Shown here one piece after another: positions 38,831-52,014 of a stretch of 64,000 bases of DNA (positions within the stretch are counted from its first letter, which is position 1; the number at the start of each line of letters is the position of its first letter). The translations under genes were made by a program, and so were the position numbers. The stretch is taken from contig OZ024754.1 in assembly GCA_964016885.1 (NCBI GenBank), positions 434,001-498,000 of the forward strand, given 5' to 3'. Under the pieces are notes generated by a model. The model had not been told where the DNA came from and did not search any database. It saw nothing but the letters and a program-made list of their open reading frames with translations. The DNA is from Eledone cirrhosa. Its lineage: Eukaryota.

Positions 38831-41800
38831 TCATTCAAAATACCGATTCATGACATTATAAAGTACATTGTATCTGTAAGAATCTTCAGAGTTTCCTAAA
38901 CGAGGGATATAATCTCTTTCTTGTGAAGACATCGGGGCTGGGTGTTGGGTAAGTTTACCAGCAGCTGAGTACTGCCTGTCATCCATAAGTGCATAGGGTG
39001 AAGCCTGGGAATAGAGAGCTCGTCTAGAATAGTCTCGGTTAAAATAGCCAGGCTGGTGTGGGGGGTTACTATGGCTTAAAAATGCACTGTTGGTATTTTC
39101 AGGTAAGTGCTGAGAATGGTACACAGTTTCATGAGAATACATGTACTTTTCTAAACTGAATGAGGAATTAACATTCATGTTGCCAAACATATCAGAAGAA
39201 TTTGACTGTGGTAGAGCTCTGAGATCTGCCATCGTCACAGGTTGACGATACCGATCATCATAGTTCTTTTGTGTGCTCCCACAGTTTGATCTAGCGTACT
39301 CTAAAGGTGATGTACCTGAGTAAGCGTGACTGTTAAAGTAGCTCCCTAAATCAAAACGTTCTATAGGGAATGCATCACAGGTGAGATCCCTCTGAGGTTG
39401 TGGTGAAGATAATCCCGTAAACATGCGTCGATCAGCCATACCTCGACAAGATGAATCAAACATTAAATCACGACTGGCAAGATAAGAATCTTTTCCCAAG
39501 AGACTTGAAGTAGCAGTATTTGGTTGTCTATCTACAGGAGGTTGAATATAAGTAGGTTGATTCCAGTGTGACTGAAGGTCTTGCCCTGACCATGAGTTGT
39601 GGAAAGGACTTCGAGGAACGCTCTGAGCAACAGCCCCAGCATGAGATAAAAAGTCTTCTCCAGTAATTCCAGAATGGCCTCGTAAGAGGGGCGGATTACT
39701 TGAGCGAGGTAAAGGAGTGTCGGGTAGCTTATGGTGGCGTGTGCTGGCATGCTGAAATAAAGATGAAGTCCTTTGTCTTTGTAATGATGCTTCACTCTCT
39801 GAAAAGCGCACAAAACTGCTCGTAGGAGCTGGACAAGACAAAAATGCATCATTCTGACGCATAAAGCTACTAGGTCTTGATGTTTCGTAAGATTTGTCAA
39901 CTTGGGATAAACCTTCAGAGGCAAAATTTGATAACCTTTGAAGGGCTGTCTCTTGTTGGTGAAAACTATCTAAACTTGTCCGTTCTGGAGGATGACTCAA
40001 ATCCAAACGCTTAAATGCCATATCGGAAAAGCAGGGCCTCAGTGCATCATTAGATATACTAATCATAGCTCGATTGTCCAAGTTTGCAGCTGGTTCCGTG
40101 AAGCTAGGAGTAATAGGTGGGACAACTTCGGCTCGAACAACAGGTTCACGAGCAGTTGTTGTTTCGGTTGTATCTTTATCAAAATCTTGTAAGTATTGTC
40201 CCAGATAGTCTCGCTCATCAACTGGAGTACTTGGATGTGGAGGAACAAACCCTAGTTGGTGAATAGGTAGGTGGGAGGAAGGAAGAGATTTATCAGAGAG
40301 CATGTTTGTGGATCGCAAACTGGACATATCTGGAGTTGTTAAGCTCATGGTGTCCTTTCTATGGTGGACAGACTGAAGAACAGAAGGCTCACTGCGCTCC
40401 ACAGACATGCTTGCCTCCATATGTCGTCTAGTTTGAATGGGATTAAAGCCTAAATGTGCCATTTCAGATTCATATCTTGTAACAGAAGATTCATGCTCAA
40501 AAGGATGATGGCGTACTGCGCTGTTTAAAATGTTATTATGATCTGAATGTGCAGACTTTAGTTTATCAGTTTCTCCTGATCTGTTAGTCTCATCAAGAGA
40601 AATGTCTTGAGCACTAGGAACATGTGGTGATGACAATCTTAAGTTGGCATTAGATTCTGAACGATGAATAATTCCTTGTTCAGATACTTGAGCTGTGATT
40701 GTTTCTGTATTTTGTTGTGTAAGATCATTATGATGATCAAGAGAGAGAGATGGATGCTCACTCGAATGTTCATTTGGAACAAGTTTATGCTCATGAGACA
40801 ACTTAATATCTTGTGAGGGATCATGTTTGCCAACTAAATCACTGGTGACGTCAGGGTCAAGGTCATGTTTCCGTACTATTTCATGATCTCGTTCACGGAC
40901 CATTTCATACTCACGTACGCGAACCATTTCTCGAACACGGACCATTTCACGCTGACGAACATGAACCATCTCAGTTTCATGTTCCCGGACCATTTTGTGT
41001 CCCCGCTCATGTAACATCCCATGTGGTTCATGCAACATCTCATGTAACTCATGGCCATGATCTATTTCATGTAATTCTTGAGGGTGGGTATCCCTTGTGC
41101 ATGTTACATTTGTCATATGTGGATTCTCTGACACCACTTCACTGGAGCAAGAGTCACTAGTTATATTGGTATGTCTGTGAATAATTGAGTCAGTATGGTG
41201 TGGTCTTTCTGTGACCATGTCCACTGCATGATTCTCATGTACAACATCTTGCTGAAGAGTTTCACATCTGGTTTGGTATTCCTGGCTCCTCTTAGCAAGA
41301 TCTTGTTCTCTAATTGTTTCTTCTACTTGCACAAATTTGTCCTGCTGCACTTGTTCAAGAGTTAGATCTTGTTGACAAATTAAATCATCTCTCTGTAAAT
41401 GGTCGTGGGATAATTTTTCTTGCCTTTGATGTTCTAATGCAATGTCTTGGTCACAAGAAAATTCCTCGGCTCTTGAATGTGGTAAAGATAACTTATGCTC
41501 TCTAGTTTCTTGCCTTTGATGCTCTAAATCTAATTCACGTTCATGAGACAATTCCTTTTGCCGAAGGTGTTCTTGAGCCAATTCTTCAGATCTCTCATGT
41601 TCTAGCATTAGATCTTGTTTATGACTCAAATTATCTGCTTGTTGGTGTTCATGGGACAATTCCTGATCATGTTCTTCTAAAAGGAATTCTTCATTGTGCA
41701 CATGATGATCTTCTTGTTGCTGTTGTTGATTACAAATAACACTTTCTTCTCTCTGCTGCTCATAAGCCAGATCCTCTTCACAAGGAATATTCTCCTGTCT

Positions 41801-44800
41801 TTGACAGTTATTTACTTCTTCGGTTCTTTGATTATCAAAACTCATCTTTTGATTACACACCATCTCCCTGTCATCACATACCATTTCTGTCTGTCTTCGA
41901 TGCTCCCCAACTATGTTGTCTTCTATTTGTTCCTCTTCCTCACTACATTCTTCATTTATATTTAACTCATGCGTTAATTTTGAATCTTGCTGGTGCCTTA
42001 AAAGCTCTTGCTGCTCGTTAACCATCTTATGTTCATTTGACTGGCTTTGACAGATAAGTTTTGAATCTCCAAACATATGTTCTGGCTGCTGGTGATTATA
42101 TGAAAGGTTATTTTCTCTGTAATGTTGTTGAGGATCATGAATGAAGTTCAACTGGTGCTGGTCTTGCATCATTTCAAACCGTCTTTGGTTCCTTTTCAGA
42201 TAATCTTCTTGCAACTGCTTCATTCTCTCTTGTGGTTTGAAACTATGCATTAACCCTAGTGAAGAAGTAGGAGCAGAAGGAGGAATAATAATGTCGTGAG
42301 GTTGGTACTGGTAACTGTCGTAAACTTTTCTTTCTTGAAGAAACTGGTGTTCTGTTGCTTCAGGCAACATCTGGCTTGATTCTGAACAATTTGGGACATC
42401 CAGATGGTCAGAAGGTTGAGTTAAGTTTTGATTGTTGCTTAAATGATCATCTAGTTCTGTTGGAGTGTTACAGTTGTTGTCCAGAACTGAATTCTCAGAT
42501 TCTAAGACATTTCTCAAGTCTTGTTTAGAATTACTTCTGTATTCCATGCTAACCTCTGCAGGCCCTGACTGAGAAGAGAAATTGTGAATGTGATACGATT
42601 GCACAATTCCATTTTTACGTTCAGGTACTGGTCTTAAAAGATTATCTTTGGTCAGAGTAATAGCTTGCACCTTTGGGTCCATCATTAAATTGTCTAACGA
42701 GACACTGCATGGCTGTAATGAATGTAGAATACTACATTCTCGAATGCCAAGCATCTCTTTTTGTTTGATGTCATCTTTACAATGATTTTCATTTAGTCTG
42801 TCTTCATCAACATTATCATCTACATCTTCATCCTCATCATCATCCTCTTCCTCTTCGTCATCTTTTCCATCTAAAGAGGAATGGTCTGAGTCACTGTCAG
42901 ACTCTTGAGGTAGAGTAGCAGTTAAATCCATTCCTAGTTGACCATGTTCGTTATTAGAACTACAGTTGTTTTGTTCTGGTTGCATATAAAGAGATTCATT
43001 TGTATGATTCGTGGCTTGTTGTTCTGATGGGACTGATAATGATGATGATGATGATGATGATGATGGTGATGATGACGATGATGATTCTAATAATGGTTGC
43101 TGACCAGGAGACAGATGATAGCGTTGTTCAATTAATTTTGAATCTTCTTTCATTCCTTCATTGTCATCAGGATCTGAATCTGAAAATGATGATGCAGATG
43201 AGGACAATACTGATGATGATGATGATGAAGAAGATGCTGACGAGGAAGGAGATGGAGAAGAAGAGTAATCTGGGTTTCTATCTGCCAAATCGTCCATGCT
43301 GTGTACAGATACAGACAGCTGTGATGATGTACTCGTGAAAGGAGATGGCCTCAACATACAGTCAATATCACTGCAGTTATTAACTGTACTATCTTTTATA
43401 GATTCTATCACATCTTTCACCGAGGAGGAAACCTTCTCATCCGTAAGTGATCCGGACATCTGAGAGACTTGTTTGGAGAGGAGAGACGGCTGAGGTTGTC
43501 GCTGTGTTGATGGTGGCAATGGTGATAGACAAGGTGATGACGTTACAGAGATAGATGAATGGTGATATGTAGATGTGATTGATGTGGATGTAGAAGACAA
43601 AGAAACATCTAATGAGGTGATAGATGGTAATGATATCAACGGCGGTAACATGGCAGAAGGTGTAGAATGTTCCACACTAATGCTAGTTTGGTTATTTTGT
43701 AAAGTTTGCTCACTGACACAATCTTGAATAATAATCTCTTTTCCTTGGCAACTAACGTTGCAGTGTTCTTCACTTTCAGCAGCATCAGTTTTCTTATCTT
43801 TTGTTGCTTCATAACTAACTGGAACTATTAAGTTGTTGTCTTCCTCTTCCACCTCACCTTCCTCCTCTTCTGTGGCTCTTCCATCAGTGACTGATGGCTC
43901 TGTCTTGATGACTGGAACTTGAATTACACTCGCAACAGATGGAGACAGATCAGACATATCTGGGAGCCTCTTTTCCTGTTTCCCTATCATAGATTTACTA
44001 GTTAAATCAACAGCTTTTGCTTTCTTTGTCTGCCTTTTCTTCACAACACTCAAAGGTTTAGCAATGATTTGGGAGCTAGAAGCAACAGCACCAGATAACA
44101 CAGAACCAACATCACCAAGAGTAGTAGTAGTGGTGGTGGTGGTGGTGGTCTTTATATCAGTCTGCCTTTTACTTTCTGATGCAATATTAACTGATTTCTC
44201 TTCTGTAGAGGTCTTAATTATTGCCGGCTCAGAAAGAGAAGTTGAAGCTTCTATGGAGACCATTTCTGGACATGCCTTACCGTTTGAAGTGGTGTCCGCA
44301 GCTTTGCCATTTGTACTGCCTCGATCTGTTCGCTTGTAAAACATATCCATCACATCAGTTGTTGAATCATCATCTGATTGGAATTCATATAAATCAATAC
44401 TAGCTTGGATTTTGGTTTGTAAATCATTTAAGATCTTCTTTGTTGATTTTACCGAAGTGTTGTTGTTGTGGTTATTGTTGGTAGTGGTGGTGTTAGTAGT
44501 AGTAGTTGTAGTAGTAATAGAACTAGTAATAGTAGTAGTAGTAGTTGCAGTAATGCGTGCAGCAACTGTACTTGTTGAAGTGTCAGTGTTAACAATTTCT
44601 TTCTTGGGCTCTATTTTTAATGCAGATGAAATTTCATTAGCATGTCGTTTACGTTTGTGCCAATGAAGTGAACTCTTTTGACGACATGTAAAATCACACA
44701 GGTTACATTTGACTGGTTTTTCATTAGTATGTTGTAAGTAGTGTACTTTCAAATTATCTGAATGACGAAACGCTTTACCACAATCAGGCCATGCACATTT

Positions 44801-45574
44801 GAAGTTCCGTTCATCTGTAGGGGAAAAGAAAATGAAAATGAAAATTCAGAAAGAAACTGCTTTTCTTTTTTTGTCACCATGAATAACAACAACAATAACA
44901 ACAACACTGATGATTTTTTAATTGACTACAAGGTCAGATATTTTTGTGGAGAGTAGGGGTAACATTGAAGAAATCAACTTCAGTACTTGAAGGTGTTTAT
45001 TTAACTTTTAACATCCTATAATAAGTTTTCTAAATCAAATGTTTATCGTATCTTTACTAGTGGACAGATTGTTGTGAAAATTTTCAACAAATTAAAGACG
45101 TTAACCCAGCATTTACATTATTCTATATTTACTATTGTATTTTCACAGTAAAGAACTTATCTCACATAATATAAAATCTTTGAGATTTTGATGTTATTTA
45201 TTTTGAGAACAATACCTTAATGTCAGTATGAGCAGCCAGTTATGGCTGGGTTGAACAGAAAGAGGTGAGAGAATTCTGGTTGGATATGGCTGGTTTAAAT
45301 GCTAAAGGGTTAATGTAGTTCATGCAGTACAGAATGGACATTGAGAGTCTCTCGCCTTTCTCAAATTGCTAACTGTATATCACAACTACCTCCAACTAAC
45401 CCTCTTGTCTCTCCCTGTTGTCATAAGTGTTTTATAACTTCTCAACACATGTAGTAGTAGTAGTAGTAAAAGAGACAAGGTATATCTGAATTAGTGATTG
45501 ACATGTCTTTGTGATGGAAGGCATGTTTGTAGCAGCAGTGGTAGCATTACAAATACGACAGTACTCTAAAGCTA

Positions 45575-45622
<48 letters not shown>

Positions 45623-48600
45623 TGTGGTGTGGTGTGGTGTGTGTGTGCGTTCGTGCTTGCACTGTATCAAATATTCTCTTCTATCACTCAACCTGATTGA
45701 TCTTGAAATATTATACAAAACATCCACAGAGTGGCACCATCGCAAATATGTGAAAATATTCTCAAATGAATTGCACACACACACACGTGCGTGTGTGTGT
45801 GTATGTGTGTTGTGTGTGTGCATACACACACGTGTGTGTTAAGTGCACACACACACACACACCCACCCAGATACTGTATCAGATACTCTCTGACAATATC
45901 AGTTGGTGCTATCAGATGAAAAATTACCCCTAAAATACATCTGACAGCTGTACCAGTAATACACTCAGGAAACACCACAATACATTAACTCTTTAGTATT
46001 TAAACCAGCCATACCCGGCCAAAAGTCTCTCACCTCTTTCTGTTCAAACCAGCTGTAAATGGCCGCTCATACTGGTGTTAAGGTATTGTTCTCGAAATAA
46101 ATAATATCAAAATCTCGTCGATTTGATATTATGTGAGGTAAAGCCTTTACCACAATAGTATATATAGAGTAATGTAAATGTTATGTGAGATATTATGTGA
46201 GGTAAAGCCTTTACTGTGAAAATACAGTAGTATATATAGAGTAATGTAAATGTTATGTGAGATATTATGTGAAGTAAAGCCTTTACTGTGACAATACAGT
46301 AGTATATATAGAGTAATGTAAATGTTATGTGAGATATTATGTGAGGTAAAGCCTTTACTGTGACAATACAGTAGTATATATAGAGTAATGTAAATGTTAT
46401 GCGAGATATTATGTGAGGTAAAGCCTTTACTGTGAAAATACAATAGTAAATATAGAGTAATGTAAATGTTATGTGAGATATGTGAGGTAAAGTCTTTACT
46501 GTGAAAATACAATAGTATATATAGTGTAATGTAAATGGTAAAGAGTTAATTATAGTTAGCTCTTATTCCTTATAAGGAAAATATACAGAAAAACGTCCAA
46601 AGAATAATTAGAGAATGGTATTTTACCTGTGTGAGTTATTTCATGTCGTCTTAAATGACTTCGCTTGAAGAAAGAAAAGCGGCAACCTTCTTTAGAACAA
46701 TGATATTTCTTCGGAGACAGCTGATGGTATTCTTCACGGTGGTTCTTTAACAAACGTGCAGTTCGGAAATCTTTTGTACAACCTTGTACTTCACAGAGAA
46801 ATGGCCGAGATGGTTCGTGGACATCTCTGTGAGTCTTAAGAGCAGGTAAAGTCTTGAATGCCTTTCCACATAAGTCACATTTATGAGGCCTATCATCAGA
46901 ATGGACCTTTAAGTGGCGTTTCATGCTGTCCTCAGAAAAAAACATTTTTTCACAGATACAGCATTTCACATTTTTTTCCCGAAACTCATGGATACTCTTC
47001 ATGTGCTTCTGTAGGTTTGCTTTGTAATTAGACTGATAATTACATTCCATACAATGGAATCGTTTTGGCAGTTCTGGGTAATGCGTTGCCATGTGGACTT
47101 TTAACGATGATTCATAACGAAACTCTTTATTACATTCCTTACAGTTTAGAATACGTATACTGCAACCTTCCTTGTGTTTCTCCATTGACACTATATCTGT
47201 ATCAATATATTTACGGCAGTGCCTGCAAAGTTTAGCATTGCGTTTCTTCTTATGGGATTCACGCATGTGAGCATCACAGTTTTCTTTATTTTCCCCAACA
47301 AACCTACATTTCAGACACATGAAGATGCCGTGGGTTTCCACATGGCGTGCTAACAGAGAATGCTTCCCCGTTTTAAAGTCACAATGTTCACAGAGATGTG
47401 GTTTTGGCTTTACAACAGATACAGTCATGCCATTTTCCATTCCTATTTTGGCAACAAGAGCTGCTACAACAGCAGCGGCAGCAGCATCTACATTTGAGGC
47501 TTTGTGAAGTTCACTGTCTTGCCCTATCTTTTCCTCACTACTATTATTTTCTGGATCATCACACATTTCACTAGTGAAGTCATCAACTTCATCTTCTTCA
47601 ACTACAGCTTGATTTCCATTAACAAGGTTACTGTTCAGTTGAGTATCAGAGCTAAGAGGCTCGACAGAATTGGCAACAATAACAGCAGCTGCCTGATCTG
47701 TAGTTTCTTTATAAAGATCTGACATTTCTGTCGTGGAACCAAGTGAAACAGATGTACTAAATGTCTTAGTTGTTATACTATTACTGTTAGTAGTGCTAGT
47801 AGAATGTAACGGTACCGGTGATATTTCTGTGCTAGTTTCTAACTGTTGTTTGGCAGCTTTTAGATTTCTCATTTCTGTAGCTTGAACTATTTCCATCATT
47901 TGTCCTAGACTGCCAGACAAAGGTAAATTCACAAAATCAGTTCCATTATTTTGAGATTTAGTGACACTTGCACTTTCATCTGAAATACTTTTGCCAGATA
48001 GTTCCTTAGTGCTTCCATTTTCTACCTTATCGTCAATATTATTTAAAAGTAGAGGATCTTGAACAATAATCACGCACTTTTTCATATGTCTTGTTAACGA
48101 ACTTTTGTTACAAAAGTCTCGTTTACAATTGCTACACTGACTGGAGATTTTTCCTGCGATATCATCCTTTGAATTCTTTTCATTCACAATTGATTCCATA
48201 ACTTCTGCTTTGATAATCTCTATCACCTTCATCATCTCAGTGTCTCCTCCATTAGAAATCCTATTGTTACCTGTCTTTTTCACTATTTTACAAGGTTTTT
48301 CACATTTAACAGTTTTAGAAATCCTTTTCCCCTTAGGTTTTGGCATGGTGGAAATATTCTTGGCAAGATCAGCTTTTGTGTTTTGAACAGTAGAAGTTTT
48401 GTTAGAAAGATTTGGGCTTGGAGATTTTAGTTTGCTGTTAGGAGAGATTACTTCTTTTTTTATCGGTAACTTACATAAAACAGTTTTAGGAATCTTTTCA
48501 GGGCTATCATTATTATTATTAATCAGAACAGGTTTCACAGGAATATGCATTATTTCATTCAAATTCTTTTTAGAAGAACTTTCATTCTTACTATTATTGA

Positions 48601-49546
48601 GAAGTTCCTTATTGGAGTTAGCTAATTTACTTTCTAGTACAAGTTTAAAACTATTGTCAACATCTTTGGGGGTTTTTAAAATATCTTTTGATTGTTTCTT
48701 TGTTGATTCTCTCTGAAGTTTTGTCTTTCTAATTGAAACAGCCTTAGATTTCTGTGGAGTTTTTGTATCTGTAGAATTTGTTAAACTTGTACTTTGTAAG
48801 TGAGTCATCACTTCGTTGTGACCGACGGCATTACACGTTTCTTGGCTAAGGTTAGGTTCTTTATTTTCTTTGGAGTTTTTGCTTTCTTTGATGACTTTCT
48901 TTACTTTTGCAGCATTTTTGCGAGGTCTTCTCATTCCTTTTGAAGCCTTTGCCTCAGCACTACTCCTTCTTGTTACAGGTAATGTCCTAACCACTTTTGT
49001 TGTTCGGCTTTGTTTAACACCTCTCAGATGTCTCGCAGGCTTCTTGCTTTCATTTTCTTTAAATATAGACTGTTCTAAAGTTACAGATAGATTATTACAC
49101 AGCACTATTTTGGATTCCTTAACATCCTTGCCTACTTTACCATTCTGTTTATTTTTACATGCAGGAGATTCTTTGGCACAGCCTTTACCAGTTCTAAGTT
49201 TGCTTGCTTTGCTATCTTTTACTTTTCCTTCCACTGTTCCTGAAAGTCTCGCTCTCTTAGCAAATGCAGCTCGACATCCTTCACTCGGAGAACTTTGTTC
49301 CTCTGTACTTGTATCTGCCTTACGTCTGCGACATCTAGCTGGACATTTCTGCAGCTTGATGCTCCCATTCTTACGTTTATCTTCTTCATTGTCTTTCTTG
49401 CTTGCCTTTACTTGGTCTGATTGTTCTTGCTTCTTTCTGTTGCTAGCTATTCGAATGTCATTCTTTCTTTTGGGGGGAGACGTTACTTCAATGGATTTCC
49501 GGGCTTTCCGTAGTCTTGTCCTAGTGTTTTGGTCTCTTGCCCCCAT
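38831..49546 (-). CDS. Very large C2H2 zinc-finger protein (~2967 aa, 12 C2H2/C2HC fingers; last two fingers ZFP91/ZNF276/ZNF653-like)
   Basis: Two giant coding exons, 49546-46627 and 44814-38831, joined by a phase-1 GT-AG intron that rebuilds the linker HT-D-ERNFKC. An acceptor lies at 49602-49603 and an in-frame stop precedes the ATG. The terminal finger CDFTCRQKSSLHWHKRKRH resembles the ZFP91-family CGFTCRQKASLNWH. Long low-complexity S/T/E/H/Q C-terminus. Confidence 0.88.
45105..45309. mobile_element. piggyBac-type MITE
   Basis: Family sequence with TTAA flanks. Confidence 0.75.
45989..46545. mobile_element. piggyBac-type MITE with an internal ~72-bp tandem expansion
   Basis: Family sequence with TTAA flanks; internal array ~46127-46535. 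Confidence 0.75.
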
Positions 49547-50403
49547 CTTCTGTTTGGTACGACTGATTCTCCTTTAAGTCAGAAAGCATAGCAATCGCCT
49601 ACTGAAAGAAAATAAAACATTTATTAAAAATCTTTCAACAAAATACCATAATTTAATAATTAAGTTACAGATTTCCTTTTACTTTTTTATGCATTTCATA
49701 AATTCATTTAAAAACATTGATTAAATATTTTCTTTAAAAAAATTGTCAATAAGAAAAAATACAGCAACTGCAGGAAACATTAATTTCATTAATTAAGTAA
49801 TTAGTAAATTAATTATTAACGAAACCTTTTGATACCAACGTGCCCCCAAACCACCTCTAGTTCTATGAAATAAAATCAGATTTTAAAAGGTTCCTATTTA
49901 AATTAAAATCTTCCACCATAATTTGACATAAGAACTTTATGTTAAGTTACTATCTTAGTAATTAAATAATTAATAATTTTAGTAAATCCCTCAAAATTCT
50001 TCATTAATTAATTGAAATACAATAGATTCCATTAGAAATATTGGTAACAAAAGGGTTAATTAATTAATTAATAATTTCTTACATAATATAAGGCCGATAA
50101 ATAGAATTGAAAGTGGAAACTGTGATATTCATGCCTTTCTAAAAGACATTTCTAATGTAAATAACATAAGTGAAATACAATAGCTGGCATTAAGGAATTC
50201 AAACAGAATAATGGACTGCATTCAGTGAGAGTTTACCAGTTGCTCTAAGGCACTTTTTAACTCTTTTACACTTAAGCTTGTTTCAGGCATTAAACTGCAG
50301 CTACACTGGCGCATATCACACCCACTATCTTTCATGTCTGGTAATTGTAATGACCAAAAAGAATATGATCACAAATACAAGCGGTTGAAATTGTGTTCCT
50401 CCA

Positions 50404-50974
50404 AAGTGTCTTTGGAGTAATGGTACTAAATAGAGTTATGTACCTCTGAAGTGTGTTTGGAGTAATGGCACTAAATAGAGTTATGTACCTCTGAAGTGTG
50501 TTTGGAGTAATGGCACTAAATAGAGTTATGTACCTCTGAAGTGTGTTTGGAGTAATGGCACTAAATAGAGTTATGTACCTCTGAAGTGTGTTTGGAGTAA
50601 TGGCACTAAATAGAGTTATGTACCTCTGAAGTGTGTTTGGAGTAATGGCACTAAATAGAGTTATGTACCTCTGAAGTGTGTTTGGAGTAATGGTACTAAA
50701 TAGAGTTATGTACCTCTGAAGTGTGTTTGGAGTAATGGCACTAAATAGAGTTATGTACCTCTGAAGTGTGTTTGGAGTAATGGCACTAAATAGAGTTATG
50801 TACCTCTGAAGTGTGTTTGGAGTAATGGCACTAAATAGAGTTATGTACCTCTGAAGTGTGTTTGGAGTAATGGCACTAAATAGAGTTATGTACCTCTGAA
50901 GTGTGTTTGGAGTAATGGCACTAAATAGAGTTATGTACCTCTGAAGTGTGTTTGGAGTAATGGCACTAAATAGA
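50404..50974. repeat. 45-bp minisatellite, ~12.5 copies
   Basis: Unit GAAGTGTGTTTGGAGTAATGGCACTAAATAGAGTTATGTACCTCT. Confidence 0.95.
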
Positions 50975-52014
50975 ATGTGTAGCTCAGAGAGTCTCTACTT
51001 CTCTGAATCGAGAGATCACAGCTCTGGTGATACTCTAGACATAGTGGTTACAATGTCTAGTATTACGCGATAGATTTTACGGGGGCAAAACCAACTGGCA
51101 GGAAAGCCAGGTGTAGCAAGATGTTTGGGTAACATCCATGAGCTTTGGCTGGTCTCGATTGAGGACTCTACTCTGACAACCCTCCCTATGTGGGAGTAGG
51201 AAGAGGAGGAGAAATAGAAGAAGTGTCTGGTGATTATTTTATTCAGCCGATCTTTCTTTTGTCAAAACACTAAGTTATGGGATATAAACACATACATACA
51301 CACATACACACTGACACCCACACACACTGACATACATACACACACACTGACACCCACACACACACAAACACCCACACATACATACACACACTGACACCCA
51401 CACATACATACACAATGACACCCACACATACATACATACAGTGACATCCACACATACTGACACTCGTATATATGTGTGAGTATATGTCAGTGTGTGTGTG
51501 TGTGTTGTGAACTCGTTAACCACTCAGCCTCAAGTCATCCTCATTAACCATCATTTGTAATGTATGTTTATTCTTCTAATTAAAACACATCCATAAGACT
51601 AATTAATTAACTTTACGAAACATCACATTAATTGTACAAAACAATAACATACAAAACTGATAATGATGATGATGGTGGTGGTAGTAGTGGTGGTGGTTGT
51701 AGTGATGATGACGGCGATTGTGGTGGTGCTGATGATGATGGTGGTGCTGATGATGATGATGGTGGTGTTGATGATGATGATGGCGGTGGTGTTGGTGATG
51801 ATGATGGTGGTGGTGTTGGTGATGATGATGGTGGTGGTGTTGGTGATGATGATGATGGTGGTAGAAATCAAGAAGGAGAGAAGTAAGTAGAAGAGGTAAA
51901 AGAAGAAAAAGAGCCAAGAATGCACAACTCCATTTTGTAAGGATTTTTTACCAATTTCTGACTGTTTTGAAGGCCGTATTCATTTGAAACATACAAAAAA
52001 AAAAAAAAGCAAAT

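Noticed and set aside
48870-49577. 235-aa plus-strand ORF and other ORFs overlapping the zinc-finger exons
   Set aside because: Antisense or alternative-frame shadows of the real CDS.
51603-51925. His/Met/Asp-Gly-rich ORFs (also 14787-15098, 18802-19149, 63257-63968)
   Set aside because: Trinucleotide or dinucleotide microsatellite read-through.
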